Shown here: positions 27,001 through 35,362 of the stretch, piece by piece
How the letters are laid out: every line of letters begins with the position of its first letter
Position numbering within the stretch: position 1 is the first letter of the stretch
IMG/VR virus record: IMGVR_UViG_3300042309_002107
Location: 1-35,362 of that record
DNA length: 35,362 nt
Origin: a virus
Lineage: Duplodnaviria > Caudoviricetes
Direction: 5' to 3' (one strand)
Notes under the pieces: model-generated
What the model was told of the DNA's origin: nothing
Databases searched by the model: none
What the model saw: the letters and a program-made list of their open reading frames with translations, nothing else
Position numbers and translations under genes: made by a program

Positions 27001-28534
27001 TATATAGTTTAGTTCCTAATGATTGTAACACATAGTATACTAAATCTTTAGAAACACCTTTTTCTAAGTTATTGTTTGCTAAATTGATATCAGTAACAGC
27101 TTGTAAATATATCCAAATATTATCAAAATAATGCCCAACCATATCAATGAAAGTAATATATTGAGTATTATTACCATCATCTACAATAAAAGCAGGTAAT
27201 GTATTTACAATATAGTTTTGATTGGTACTATCCCATAATTCAGCACTTGCTGTAGCTGATGTTAACCAGTTTGTTACTAGATTAGATCCAGTTGAATATA
27301 AAGTATAAGGTAAAAGACTTCCTGATTTAGGGTATGGATTTATTCCATAGGTTGTTGTTGAAGTAACAGATCCACTTTGGAAATATAAATAATATTCAAA
27401 TCCATCAAAATTTGAAATAATATCATTTATACTAGAAGTAGTACTATTAATTAATTGATTTTTTAAACTAGAAGTAGATGCATTATATACTGCTATATCA
27501 TTGTTATAATCTTCAATTTGTTTTACCTTAGTATAAAAATTTAAAACTCTTTTTTTAGCAGAACTAAAAAATACAAAATTATCATAACTACTATAATCAA
27601 CATTTATACTAATACTTTGAGAAGTAATTAAATTTAAAAGTTGTTGATATGAAGATGTAGATACGGTTTGTACACTATTTACTAAGCTGTAATATGTTTG
27701 GTATGGAGTACCAACATTATTTTCATCAGCTATTTTTATATCAAAATTAGGACCTCTTAATTGTGGTAAAGGTGCAGGTAATATTAAAGTATCTAAATTA
27801 ATATCAAAAACAAAAGGATTTACTTTTTCTTTAACTACCCACAAACTATCTTTTTCTTGAATATTGTCTGGTAGTGGTTGATATAATTTAAATAGGATTT
27901 CATAGCCTGTTAGTACCTTATTTAAAGCAAGATTAACTGCTAATACTTGGTTATTATTTCCAAAATTAAGAACATAATCAACAAAATAAGCAGAACCTGT
28001 ATATTCATTTATTAATGCTATAGAACCACTTTCAATTTGCTCATTTGTAAGAATGGTAGAACCTATTCTTAATTCAGTTCTATCTGAAGATATTTCTTTT
28101 AAAAATAACTCAGCTGATGGGTTAGATAATTTGTTGTTAAAAAAGTTATATTGAACTTTAAATTCTCCTGATGTATATCCTAAATTTTGAAGATCTTTAA
28201 CAGGGTCTATCTCAATAACAGGAAAATAAGAGCCAGTAGTTGTATTGTATTCAATTCCTATATTTGTTGTTGGAATAGAATTATTTACATTTAGTGAAGA
28301 AGAAATTTCAGGAACTAAATTACTATTAACAGGTAATTTAAAGTTTTTATAATTATAATTTGTATTTAAAAGATTTCCACCTATATCATATATATAGTAT
28401 TCAATATAATCATTTGCTTGACCAAAATTTTCTTTTATTGTTTGGGATGTAAGTAATCTCACATCAGTATCTTCATAACGAGATACTTCTTGTGTATTTA
28501 AGATTGAACCTACTATTTTAATATTGTCTGCCAT
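24098..28534 (-). CDS. Large baseplate wedge-like structural protein (1478 aa)
   Basis: IYHNLPLLLKTKGTTYGLQTLISTFG and YVPARA recall the KGT and PA motifs of P2 gpI/T4 gp7-like wedge proteins; downstream of the gp25/gp6-like genes. Confidence 0.6.
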   Translation of the reverse strand: MADNIKIVGSILNTQEVSRYEDTDVRLLTSQTIKENFGQANDYIEYYIYDIGGNLLNTNYNYKNFKLPVNSNLVPEISSSLNVNNSIPTTNIGIEYNTTTGSYFPVIEIDPVKDLQNLGYTSGEFKVQYNFFNNKLSNPSAELFLKEISSDRTELRIGSTILTNEQIESGSIALINEYTGSAYFVDYVLNFGNNNQVLAVNLALNKVLTGYEILFKLYQPLPDNIQEKDSLWVVKEKVNPFVFDINLDTLILPAPLPQLRGPNFDIKIADENNVGTPYQTYYSLVNSVQTVSTSSYQQLLNLITSQSISINVDYSSYDNFVFFSSAKKRVLNFYTKVKQIEDYNNDIAVYNASTSSLKNQLINSTTSSINDIISNFDGFEYYLYFQSGSVTSTTTYGINPYPKSGSLLPYTLYSTGSNLVTNWLTSATASAELWDSTNQNYIVNTLPAFIVDDGNNTQYITFIDMVGHYFDNIWIYLQAVTDINLANNNLEKGVSKDLVYYVLQSLGTKLYNQYGDSDNVDFLIGNSGSAVFDNNFTYTGSYLNTIPKKDLLAESYKRIYHNLPLLLKTKGTTYGLQTLISTFGITGSILPVKEYGGYLKSNTLDEFNSDKIRIVSNNITGSILSPYISLQNQPTSSTSFRTNDLHYVDISFSPQEKIDLFTSSSIATSNPTWNLDDYIGDPRQQYDVSYTDLESQKKTYYSPLTASVIPFTSSTSTDSINATDYNSFIRLFQYFDNSLFKMLSDYVPARASLSTGITITSPLLERNKVQNANPSNSSLVSSYDADFTPETSALVTMSVVYGNDYTKQPGNKSAFYTGEFSGSYVDIYQYFEDQNVNPYLSTFAQWNSQHSSENIDINKFNHSDFSVLFNNVSSSLISRTRQDIEYVFGTTQSILTPAYLQDSYESLKTHQLSRYEGIKLSSVKYNDYTDGDISFGKTAVIDKNVIKLGLFSEIIPNRFLPKRNNAVLKYLVDIDGNLTELNLRNKHWEEIQNTFIVGDTGSISQFNNQLYSNQKTTDGEKIIFNSGYSYSPLLYFSTCSNNPNISFQNQGNPSAYLAEAQNLSSSYLISGSGTIGYPLQGGYVLNLFNSPINTGTYWTSPTATSPATYSVSETGQYRVYANVAITTTMADNNSATWSLEMYRDGTKIQEVSQSLSFGSITENCYGTSIINEGDDDIRVDYIECASGISKFFYIKPGITRTICARSYEVSGNSQWTDYPTDPAICGTYIIGGGNTLTTTLTINNGHSGNNSYNSFTVDDEISFKLRLVNASSNNITASLATGDNGKVSIGSLALSTGYTSTACPYVTSTATSSITLSPGVSSFYGDSYYFAPNPATGSVSPLYETYGDVDYSFKPKPYDMLILYLSDGSILEYTILGINLVGGQLVLTLDTPLSNLAIQDLSGTGNYKRFLLLSRIKDETNVILNFVKRDGKTSYGFLIADNISSDVLENIDTITKEVKQKLLNDQSVINDINGGTFG

Positions 28535-28869
28535 TATTTATTAGTCAAATCATTTATTGTTTGTTGTGCATCTAATACTTGTTGTCTTAATGATGTAATT
28601 TCATTTAACAAAGCTTGAATATCATCTTGACTTATACTTATGCCTAAGTAATCAGCTTCACGTTGTATTATATATTGATGTGAATTAGAATCCCCATCTC
28701 TTGGAATTTGAAAAAATAATTGTTCATACAACTCAAAAAAGTCATCAATAGTAAAAGAAGGAGATTCAACTTCTTCATTTGAATTAATCAATTGACTAAA
28801 TTGAGTATCAACTACTCTATTATAGGTATCTTTATTAAATACTGTTTTTTGTACTAGTATTTGTGACAT
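28534..28869 (-). CDS. Hypothetical protein with C-terminal coiled coil (111 aa)
   Basis: TAATG-coupled on both sides; heptad-rich IQALLNEITSLRQQV. Confidence 0.8.
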   Translation of the reverse strand: MSQILVQKTVFNKDTYNRVVDTQFSQLINSNEEVESPSFTIDDFFELYEQLFFQIPRDGDSNSHQYIIQREADYLGISISQDDIQALLNEITSLRQQVLDAQQTINDLTNK

Positions 28870-29981
28870 TATCTTATAACTTTAAAATAGTAATTATTAT
28901 CAGATATAATTGTTTCGCCGTTAGACAATACAGTTTTAAATAATAATTTATAATAACGTTCTGGTTCTAAACCATTCATATAAACATCAAAATAATTACC
29001 TGTTGAATCACAACTAATTTTAGTATAATTCACATCATAATCTACGACAATTTCCTCAGTATCCAAGTCCTTTATTGACCAATATGAAGAGGAAGGTAAT
29101 GCTTTGTTATTTAAATAAACTGAACTAGTTTGAAAAGATCTAGCTGGGAATTTATCTCGTACATTTATTCTAAAACGTTGTACTGAATCTTGTTGATATT
29201 CACCTTTATTATTACCTAATGATGGCACAAATAAATCGTTAGTAACTACTGATAGTGAACCTGTGTAAATTGAGTCATCCCATCTTATTTCTAAGCATGG
29301 AGGATAAATTGTATGGGTATTACTTGAAAAATATTTTGTTTCAAATTTCGAAGATGTTGTAAACTCAATAGATGCAGAATGTTTTAATATAAAACCATAG
29401 TTATTTATAGATCCACTGTTCCAAGCTTTTACAGTATTTGTTGTCTCTATTTCAATATCTTTAGAAGTAATTGAAGTAAATGATTGACTAGCAGCATATA
29501 ATGAACTAGTATACCATAAACCACCCCCAACAGCAGCTCCGCTTCCATTTCTATAAGAACCAGTTGAATTAGATGGTAAAACAATAGATGCAGAGGTAAA
29601 CCAGACACTGCCACTGTTTTGGTTTGTGTATTTCCAGCTTACTCCGTTTGTAGTTGCAGGAACATTACTTAATCTACCAGTACCTACATTCCAATCAGAA
29701 GATAGTGGGTGTGAATATAATGTATAGTTTAAAGGTAAAGATGAAGCGTTAGCTAAATATAACTTTAAGTATGTATCAAATTCCTTGCCCTTTACTTTAT
29801 TCGCGATTATATCGCTTATTTGATTAGAAGGGAATTTAATAAGAACACGAGACACTTCATCAGTATCTTCAAAAGAAGTATATGTGCTAATTTCTAATAT
29901 TTCATCCAATCCAGTATTAAGTGTTGGATAGAATGAATATAGAGTAGCACTCTTTTCAGGGAATATTTTATAGATTGCCAT
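28869..29981 (-). CDS. Virion structural protein with DNRLRE-like beta-sandwich domain (370 aa)
   Basis: SRVLIKF, YLKLYLA, W..GTG, NNYGFILK and FSS....YPPCLEI pattern. Confidence 0.6.
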   Translation of the reverse strand: MAIYKIFPEKSATLYSFYPTLNTGLDEILEISTYTSFEDTDEVSRVLIKFPSNQISDIIANKVKGKEFDTYLKLYLANASSLPLNYTLYSHPLSSDWNVGTGRLSNVPATTNGVSWKYTNQNSGSVWFTSASIVLPSNSTGSYRNGSGAAVGGGLWYTSSLYAASQSFTSITSKDIEIETTNTVKAWNSGSINNYGFILKHSASIEFTTSSKFETKYFSSNTHTIYPPCLEIRWDDSIYTGSLSVVTNDLFVPSLGNNKGEYQQDSVQRFRINVRDKFPARSFQTSSVYLNNKALPSSSYWSIKDLDTEEIVVDYDVNYTKISCDSTGNYFDVYMNGLEPERYYKLLFKTVLSNGETIISDNNYYFKVIR

Positions 29982-30024
29982 AGTTAGTAATTACTACATA
30001 TAAATATGGTAACTACCAAACTAT
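29980..30024 (-). promoter_or_regulatory. Long RNA hairpin occluding the start codon at 29981, with ATATTTATA (29999-30007) at its apex
   Basis: Minus strand AUAGUU-U-GGUAGUUAC-CAUA-[UUUA]-UAUG-UA-GUAAUUACU-AACUAU(G): about 19 bp including two G-U pairs. Confidence 0.65.
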
Positions 30025-30025
30025 T

Positions 30026-30625
30026 TTACGCTAATAACGCGTGATATTCTTTAAAATGTTTAATACGATCAGCAAGACCAATAGTACCACCATTAACACG
30101 TTTAGTGATTTGTGTAACAACTGCATCAGTTGCACCACCATCTGCTAATTTATGTAAACCATTTTTATTAAAGAACCAAGCAGCAGACAACAATGCATAT
30201 TTTCCTGCTACTACTGTTGGATCTTTAGTTAAGTCTTCATTAATAGATTTACCAAATGCAGTATAGTTATCTTTACCTGTTAATTGAATATAACCACGAC
30301 CACAATACTTAGCACCATCACCAGATGCTTCAGGACCATTACCCATTCTACCACCATATACTTTATTAGCAATTTTTTCTGGTTTACGTTCGTATTGTTT
30401 AGCTAATGCTTCAGTTGGGAAATACTTTTTAAATATACCCATTAGACCTTTAGCACTATAATTTAAATTTTCTTTTGTTAAACGGAACCCACCAGATTCA
30501 TGACCACACTGAGCTAAAAAATGAGCTAAACGTAATGGAGTATTGATTTGAAATTTTTCCATTACAGCTGGGATTTGAGCTATTACAGCATCAGGAACAT
30601 GTCCTTTTAATTTTTCTAAATTCAT
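30026..30625 (-). CDS. Glycoside hydrolase family 19 (chitinase-like) endolysin
   Basis: LAHFLAQCGHESGGF, ENLNYS, GRGYIQLTGKDNY, SAAWFF and ITKRVNGGTIGLADR. Confidence 0.93.
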   Translation of the reverse strand: MNLEKLKGHVPDAVIAQIPAVMEKFQINTPLRLAHFLAQCGHESGGFRLTKENLNYSAKGLMGIFKKYFPTEALAKQYERKPEKIANKVYGGRMGNGPEASGDGAKYCGRGYIQLTGKDNYTAFGKSINEDLTKDPTVVAGKYALLSAAWFFNKNGLHKLADGGATDAVVTQITKRVNGGTIGLADRIKHFKEYHALLA

Positions 30626-30635
30626 ATTTTAATTT

Positions 30636-32459
30636 TTATAAAGTTATAACTCTACCTTGAATATCAGTATTAGGATACCTAACTTCAAATATAGCTGGGT
30701 CTAGTGAAGGGTATACGTTTCCTTTTTTAGTAGCTCCTGCAATATCATATCCATAAGGGGAATAGTTTCCTCCTTGTTTATTAACAATTTCTAATTTTGA
30801 TACAGATTGAACTCCTCTAATTTGTAATAATCTAGACGTAATATCTGAAAGTATTATTGGTTGATTAATTTGCCATTTATCTATATTGAAGTGGTCTTTT
30901 AAAGCAGCTATACAATTAGTTAATACGTCTTTATTAGAATAACCATTTAATACAGTAATATCAAAATTAACTCCAATGTTAATATAGAAAGCATCTTTAA
31001 TATTAATAGCATCAGTAACCATTCTATATTGATTCATATAGATTACTAAATTATTTTTTAAAGTTTCTGAGCTTGTAATTAAGTTTTTATTTGAATTATA
31101 TGCTAATATATATAAATCTAAAGCTAAAGGATTATTTGCTTGAACATTAGCTACTGTTTGTTGATAATTTCTATTAAAATCTTGAGAAATATAAGCTTTA
31201 GCTATAGTTCCATAATCAGCAGGCATTGATAAAGCTCTTATTATATAATCATCTTTAGTTACAGATCTTAATTGAGTTGAAAATGAATATAAAGCGTTTT
31301 GTCTAATTTCGTCTGATGTATCTCCATTTCTACCTCCTGTAGATGGAAATGGGTTTGATGATACTATACTACTTAATACTGATCCTGACAAAGATCCAGC
31401 ATTATTTTTAAAATAAGCTGTTGATGTATCTATTGTAGTTAAATCATTAGCTGGTATATTTGATGTAATGCCACCACCAACTAGGTATTTTACGGTTAAA
31501 GAACCTGAAGGGACTAAACCATATTCTTGAGAAAAGAAAACAGAAGCCTCATTATAATTATTAGTCAATAAAGAAATTCCAGGTACACTACCTGATTGAA
31601 TATTACCTGGTGTTGGGATAATCTGACTATCTGTTTTATCTGTAGTAATTCCAGCTCCAAATTCTAATTGTAATGTATTATCTGATAATATACGAGACAC
31701 AAAACGTCTAGGTGACTTTTGTAACTGTAGTAAATAAGGAGTTTGATCAGTACTGTATGAAGGATTAGCTATTTTTTCAAATATAGTAGATTGAGCTAAG
31801 TAAGGAACTTCATACCATATATTTCCGTCACTACCAGTAACATTTAATATTTGTAATATATTAGTATCAGTAATAGTAGCTGTTGCAAATTTTTGGTTTG
31901 GAGGAAAAGAAACAGCAGCTGATTTTATTTCTGCAGATATAGCTGGAACTGATTTTTTAAATAAATAATAATCATTATTATAATAAGTAATTTCAGCACT
32001 TCCTGTATCAGTAAAATCTACTTGTTGAGTAGTTAAAAATTTAGTACCCGTAGTAGCAGATGTTAAAGAAGTATTTTCTGGTATTATTAAGCCATAAGTT
32101 ATATAATCGGGAGTTGATACTCCAGCACTTGAAGTAGCAGGTACTAATTGATATATATCTACAGTAGTATTAGAAGCATAAGATGCTTTAGGACGATAAC
32201 CCATTACATATGCTTGAGCGTATAAATTCTCTTTTTCTTTAGCGTATAACAAGAAATTTTCTTGTACCTGAGTATCAAGATAAAATGACATTACATCACC
32301 AACATAAGAGGACATTTCAATAAATAAATTTCCAGGCGTTGCCTCAGAAAAATCATTATACGTTGTTGGAAAATAAGTTTTAGCATACTGTTGTAATGCT
32401 GCTTTAAACGACGTAAAATCTTTATTTAAATACGATATATTTTTATCTTCGTTAGCCAT
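30636..32459 (-). CDS. Baseplate wedge protein (T4 gp6 / baseplate J-like)
   Basis: DFSEATPGNLFIEMSSYVGDVMSFYLD, MGYRPK, LEFGAG, YLVGGG and GG...E.IRQNA...QLRSVTKDDY. Confidence 0.88.
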   Translation of the reverse strand: MANEDKNISYLNKDFTSFKAALQQYAKTYFPTTYNDFSEATPGNLFIEMSSYVGDVMSFYLDTQVQENFLLYAKEKENLYAQAYVMGYRPKASYASNTTVDIYQLVPATSSAGVSTPDYITYGLIIPENTSLTSATTGTKFLTTQQVDFTDTGSAEITYYNNDYYLFKKSVPAISAEIKSAAVSFPPNQKFATATITDTNILQILNVTGSDGNIWYEVPYLAQSTIFEKIANPSYSTDQTPYLLQLQKSPRRFVSRILSDNTLQLEFGAGITTDKTDSQIIPTPGNIQSGSVPGISLLTNNYNEASVFFSQEYGLVPSGSLTVKYLVGGGITSNIPANDLTTIDTSTAYFKNNAGSLSGSVLSSIVSSNPFPSTGGRNGDTSDEIRQNALYSFSTQLRSVTKDDYIIRALSMPADYGTIAKAYISQDFNRNYQQTVANVQANNPLALDLYILAYNSNKNLITSSETLKNNLVIYMNQYRMVTDAINIKDAFYINIGVNFDITVLNGYSNKDVLTNCIAALKDHFNIDKWQINQPIILSDITSRLLQIRGVQSVSKLEIVNKQGGNYSPYGYDIAGATKKGNVYPSLDPAIFEVRYPNTDIQGRVITL

Positions 32460-32461
32460 TA

Positions 32462-32872
32462 TTATGTGAATTGTACTGTTACTTGATCAGGTGAATTTGA
32501 AATATTTAATCGATAATCGATAGTTAAACTTACTAAATTGTTGTCAACATCTGGGCTTAAAGTAATATTGGTAATTGTAACTTCAGGAACATACAATGAT
32601 ACATTACTTAAAATATCATTTCTTAAAGTTTCTACATTATTATCGGTAATTCCTTCAAATAAAAATCCTTTTAAACCACATCCAAAATTAGGATTCATTA
32701 CTCTTTCACCCTTACTTGTTAATAACAAATTAATTAAATTAGATTTAATTTGATCTTTAGTAGTATAAGTACTATTAAATACACCAGATGCATTAAAAGG
32801 TAGTGATACCCCAATAGCAATGTTTTTTTGTAAATCTAATGGATTTACTCGTATTGTTTGAGGTATTGGCAT
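32462..32872 (-). CDS. Baseplate wedge subunit (gp25/GPW family)
   Basis: IKSNLINLLLTSKGERVMNPNFGCGL..FLFE and YVPEV motifs. Confidence 0.9.
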   Translation of the reverse strand: MPIPQTIRVNPLDLQKNIAIGVSLPFNASGVFNSTYTTKDQIKSNLINLLLTSKGERVMNPNFGCGLKGFLFEGITDNNVETLRNDILSNVSLYVPEVTITNITLSPDVDNNLVSLTIDYRLNISNSPDQVTVQFT

Positions 32873-32873
32873 A

Positions 32874-33215
32874 TTATCCTAAATTACTTAATCCTGCTTT
32901 ATCTTGAGCAGTCATGTTATTAGCAGCATCTAATATAAAAGCAGCAAATGGATTACCACCTTCAGAAGTATCTACTTTTAAAGTATTTTGTTGAGGTTGT
33001 TCATACCCAAACATAGCTCCCATTTTACTTGATAATTGATTACGAACTGCTGGATTTGCAGGTACATCATTACTAGTAAAAGTCATAGTGCGGTTTTCGC
33101 GTAATGCTTTTTTTTCTTGTTTAGCCATATGCTCTTCAAGAATATATGGTAATTCTTCATGAATAGCATCAATTACTGCTTCTTTGATTAATTTTTTAAA
33201 TACTTTGATGTTCAT
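32874..33215 (-). CDS. Hypothetical protein (113 aa)
   Basis: MNIKVFKKLIKEAV leader; motif immediately upstream. Confidence 0.8.
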   Translation of the reverse strand: MNIKVFKKLIKEAVIDAIHEELPYILEEHMAKQEKKALRENRTMTFTSNDVPANPAVRNQLSSKMGAMFGYEQPQQNTLKVDTSEGGNPFAAFILDAANNMTAQDKAGLSNLG

Positions 33216-33218
33216 AAT

Positions 33219-33227
33219 TATAAATAT
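33219..33227 (-). promoter_or_regulatory. ATATTTATA motif
   Basis: 3 nt upstream of the ATG at 33215. Confidence 0.6.
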
Positions 33228-34502
33228 TTATCCTTGTAAATTTTTTTGATCTATTATTAGTTTTAATTGTTCTACTAAATCATTAGGATCTAAAGTAAAT
33301 GATAATTCACTTTTTAATACTTCTGTTCCATCACGGTTAACAGCTACAGCGTAATGACGTTTATTTCCTTTAACAATAACTGCTTGTTGAGCACCTAATG
33401 TTTGTTCTTCTTTAATTTTAAATTTAAATCCTTTATATTCACCATATTGATCAACATTAGTAAGTAATGAACTAGTTAAATCTGTTAATTCTTGTTGGTT
33501 TAATTCAGTTAATACTTTGCTATCTAATAATTTATTAACTTGATTTAATCTTTCAATTAATTCATTCAATTTAAATATTTCATTCTCTAATAAAACGCTA
33601 GCTATAGCTAACAATGCACTTAAAGCAATAATTAATTTATTAGCTCTTTCTATTTGTTTTACAATTTTTAATATTAAATTAACAGGTATACCTACACCAG
33701 GAGGTACAGCTGTTGGAATAGGGATTGCTGATAATACAGCTACAAGTGCACTAAATATAGCTAGATAGGTACTTATTTGTTGTAATGTTTGTTGTAGTGA
33801 CTGTAACTTATTAATATTATTATTTATTAAAGTAACAGTACTATTTCTTAAATTAGTAGCTATTGTTATAGTTTCTGGAGTGTTTGCTTGGTCTATATAT
33901 GCATTTACTTGATCAACTAATTCTTCTAATCTTTTTCTTTGAGATAATACAGCAGCAAATTTATTTGCTAATTGTAAAGCTATAATAGGTGCTAATGTTT
34001 TAGCTGTATTTAAAGCTAGTTTTTTAATTCTATCTTTATTAATTTTTATTTTTCTACCTTTAATCCTTGTTTTTAATTTTTTAATATTGCTTTTTAATTT
34101 TAATCTCTCTGCTTTAATTTTCTTTAAAGGATCAGATATAAAGTTTGCTATATCATCTTGTATTGCTAATATTTGATTATTTATATCTTGTTGCTTAGTT
34201 AAATAAGAATCATTTTCAGCATTTACAGCTTCATTGTATAATTCGTCTGTTGGAATTTCTCCATTTTTATAAAGAACTTCTAATCGTTTTAATTCAGTAG
34301 GGTGATTTAATTCAAGTTGAATTTTATCATCTTTTAATTTATCTAATTTTTTATATAATTCATCTAATTTTCCACTTACTGCAGAAACTATTTTATCTTT
34401 TGCTTTATCTTTTAGTTGATCACCAAAAGTTTTAATAGCAGAAGATGCTGAAATTGTTTTTAGTATATCTGGGGATATTAGAGAAGATATATTAGTGGAC
34501 AT
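33228..34502 (-). CDS. Coiled-coil protein with central hydrophobic hairpin (424 aa)
   Basis: Helical heptads flank YLAIFSALVAVLSAIPIPTAVPPGVGIPVNLIL and LIIALSALLAIASVLL. Confidence 0.8.
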   Translation of the reverse strand: MSTNISSLISPDILKTISASSAIKTFGDQLKDKAKDKIVSAVSGKLDELYKKLDKLKDDKIQLELNHPTELKRLEVLYKNGEIPTDELYNEAVNAENDSYLTKQQDINNQILAIQDDIANFISDPLKKIKAERLKLKSNIKKLKTRIKGRKIKINKDRIKKLALNTAKTLAPIIALQLANKFAAVLSQRKRLEELVDQVNAYIDQANTPETITIATNLRNSTVTLINNNINKLQSLQQTLQQISTYLAIFSALVAVLSAIPIPTAVPPGVGIPVNLILKIVKQIERANKLIIALSALLAIASVLLENEIFKLNELIERLNQVNKLLDSKVLTELNQQELTDLTSSLLTNVDQYGEYKGFKFKIKEEQTLGAQQAVIVKGNKRHYAVAVNRDGTEVLKSELSFTLDPNDLVEQLKLIIDQKNLQG

Positions 34503-35362
34503 TAGGCTGTATAATTTTTTGTTGATACTATATCTATTAACTTTCCAGAAACTTTATTTAAGTCATCTAATAACCCTACAGCAGCTGTATTTACATCAAT
34601 AAGAAGAGAACCTTCAGAAGTAGACATAGCACTAGAAAGAGAGGTACTAAATTCAGATAAACTTTCAATTAGATCTGATAGTAAATAGACTGTTTTATTT
34701 CCCAATAATAAAGGTTCTACAGGTAAATCATAATTAACAGTTCCTAAGTATATAGAATCACTATTTAAATGTATTTTACCAGCAGCATTTAAATTAATAG
34801 CATTATTTGTACTTAATTCAATATTTGTTTTTCCAAACAATAATACATCATCTTTTTTGGAATTTATAACAACTCTATCACTGTTTATAATAACTTGAGA
34901 TCCAAAATATTCTGATACTTGGATAGCTTGTGGTTTTATTGGGTTTGGGAATACTCCTACTTTACTAAAAGGACCTATTTCTAAAGGAATTTTTTGTGTG
35001 CTTGTCAAATAAATAGAAGAAGCATCTTTATTTATCTGTTCAACATAAAATTGTTTTTTAGGATCATATGATAACCCATTTGTTAATATAGTAATAGGAT
35101 CATACTCTTCTCCTGTTTTACTCCATTCATTTATACTTCTATATAATTTAGTAGTTGAACTAAATCTTAAAGAACTTCCTTGTCTACCTTGTACAATATG
35201 ATCTCCTTCAAATGACAATAAAGGTCTTACATTTGGGTTTGGTTTAAACGTAATACCAACATTACTATTACTAGAAGCTAGTTGAGAGTTATCTTGACTA
35301 TTACCCCATAATTTAATAGTACTAATATAGTATTTTTGAGAAGGATTGTCTGCTACTTGAGA
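34502..35362 (-). CDS. Putative baseplate spike/hub (gp5/VgrG-like beta-helix) protein, 5'-truncated by the window edge
   Basis: The frame stays open upstream of the track's TTG (35218) to the window end (...KYYISTIKLWGN...RPLLSFEGDHIVQGRQGSSLRFS). It has repeated short beta strands (QVIINSDRVVINSKKDDV, INLNAAGKIHLNSDSIYLG) and lies upstream of gp25. Confidence 0.6.
   Translation of the reverse strand, partial: SQVADNPSQKYYISTIKLWGNSQDNSQLASSNSNVGITFKPNPNVRPLLSFEGDHIVQGRQGSSLRFSSTTKLYRSINEWSKTGEEYDPITILTNGLSYDPKKQFYVEQINKDASSIYLTSTQKIPLEIGPFSKVGVFPNPIKPQAIQVSEYFGSQVIINSDRVVINSKKDDVLLFGKTNIELSTNNAINLNAAGKIHLNSDSIYLGTVNYDLPVEPLLLGNKTVYLLSDLIESLSEFSTSLSSAMSTSEGSLLIDVNTAAVGLLDDLNKVSGKLIDIVSTKNYTA

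Noticed and set aside
2987-32753. Short plus-strand ORFs (e.g. 2987..3331, 4281..4562, 8050..8313, 25497..25754, 32538..32753)
   Set aside because: They are antisense to well-supported minus-strand genes and have no recognisable motifs.
35216-35218. TTG start for the last gene
   Set aside because: The frame is open to the window edge, so the true start is likely outside the window.
1-35362. Stop-codon reassignment, as in some Bacteroidota phages
   Set aside because: The standard code already gives near-continuous coding with intact genes. TGA is used in ATGA overlaps. The TAG at 8362 is followed immediately by TAA, so it is uninformative.
30636-35362. Bacterial T6SS/eCIS/tailocin locus rather than a phage
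   Set aside because: The linked primase, exonuclease, GIY-YIG nuclease, S74 fibre and lysin genes, the single-strand dense layout and the absence of host housekeeping genes favour a phage genome.

Overview
This AT-rich window has densely packed genes, all on the minus strand, and looks like part of a large tailed (myovirus-like) bacteriophage genome. A Bacteroidota host is likely (inference: no Shine-Dalgarno motifs, A-rich leaders, one Bacteroidota-like promoter candidate). Reading in the direction of transcription (right to left) there are four modules. (1) A baseplate/tail module: partial spike/hub-like gene, gp25-like, gp6/baseplate-J-like, a GH19 lysin, a DNRLRE-like protein, a 1478-aa wedge-like protein and collar-like proteins. 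(2) An ~11.5 kb cassette of Cys-rich proteins with mucin-like (TAPT)n stalks plus an S74-chaperone fibre protein. This cassette appears to sit between the two halves of a split structural gene. (3) A small replication island: GIY-YIG nuclease, DnaG-type primase and PD-(D/E)xK exonuclease. (4) A cluster of enzymes and small proteins: P-loop kinase, ADP-ribosyltransferase, a fused HxGH nucleotidyltransferase/ParB-like/HExxH protein, a HAD nucleotidase and others. Several of these share an N-terminal MIKLxxLLxE leader and have [LIM]-x-E sites at domain borders, which suggests head-packaged, protease-processed effectors. A 9-mer ATATTTATA (coding strand) recurs in intergenic gaps and is a putative phage late promoter; at two sites it is embedded in or flanks an RNA hairpin. 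No tRNA, rRNA or CRISPR array was seen. All family calls come from recognising motifs by eye, not from database searches.
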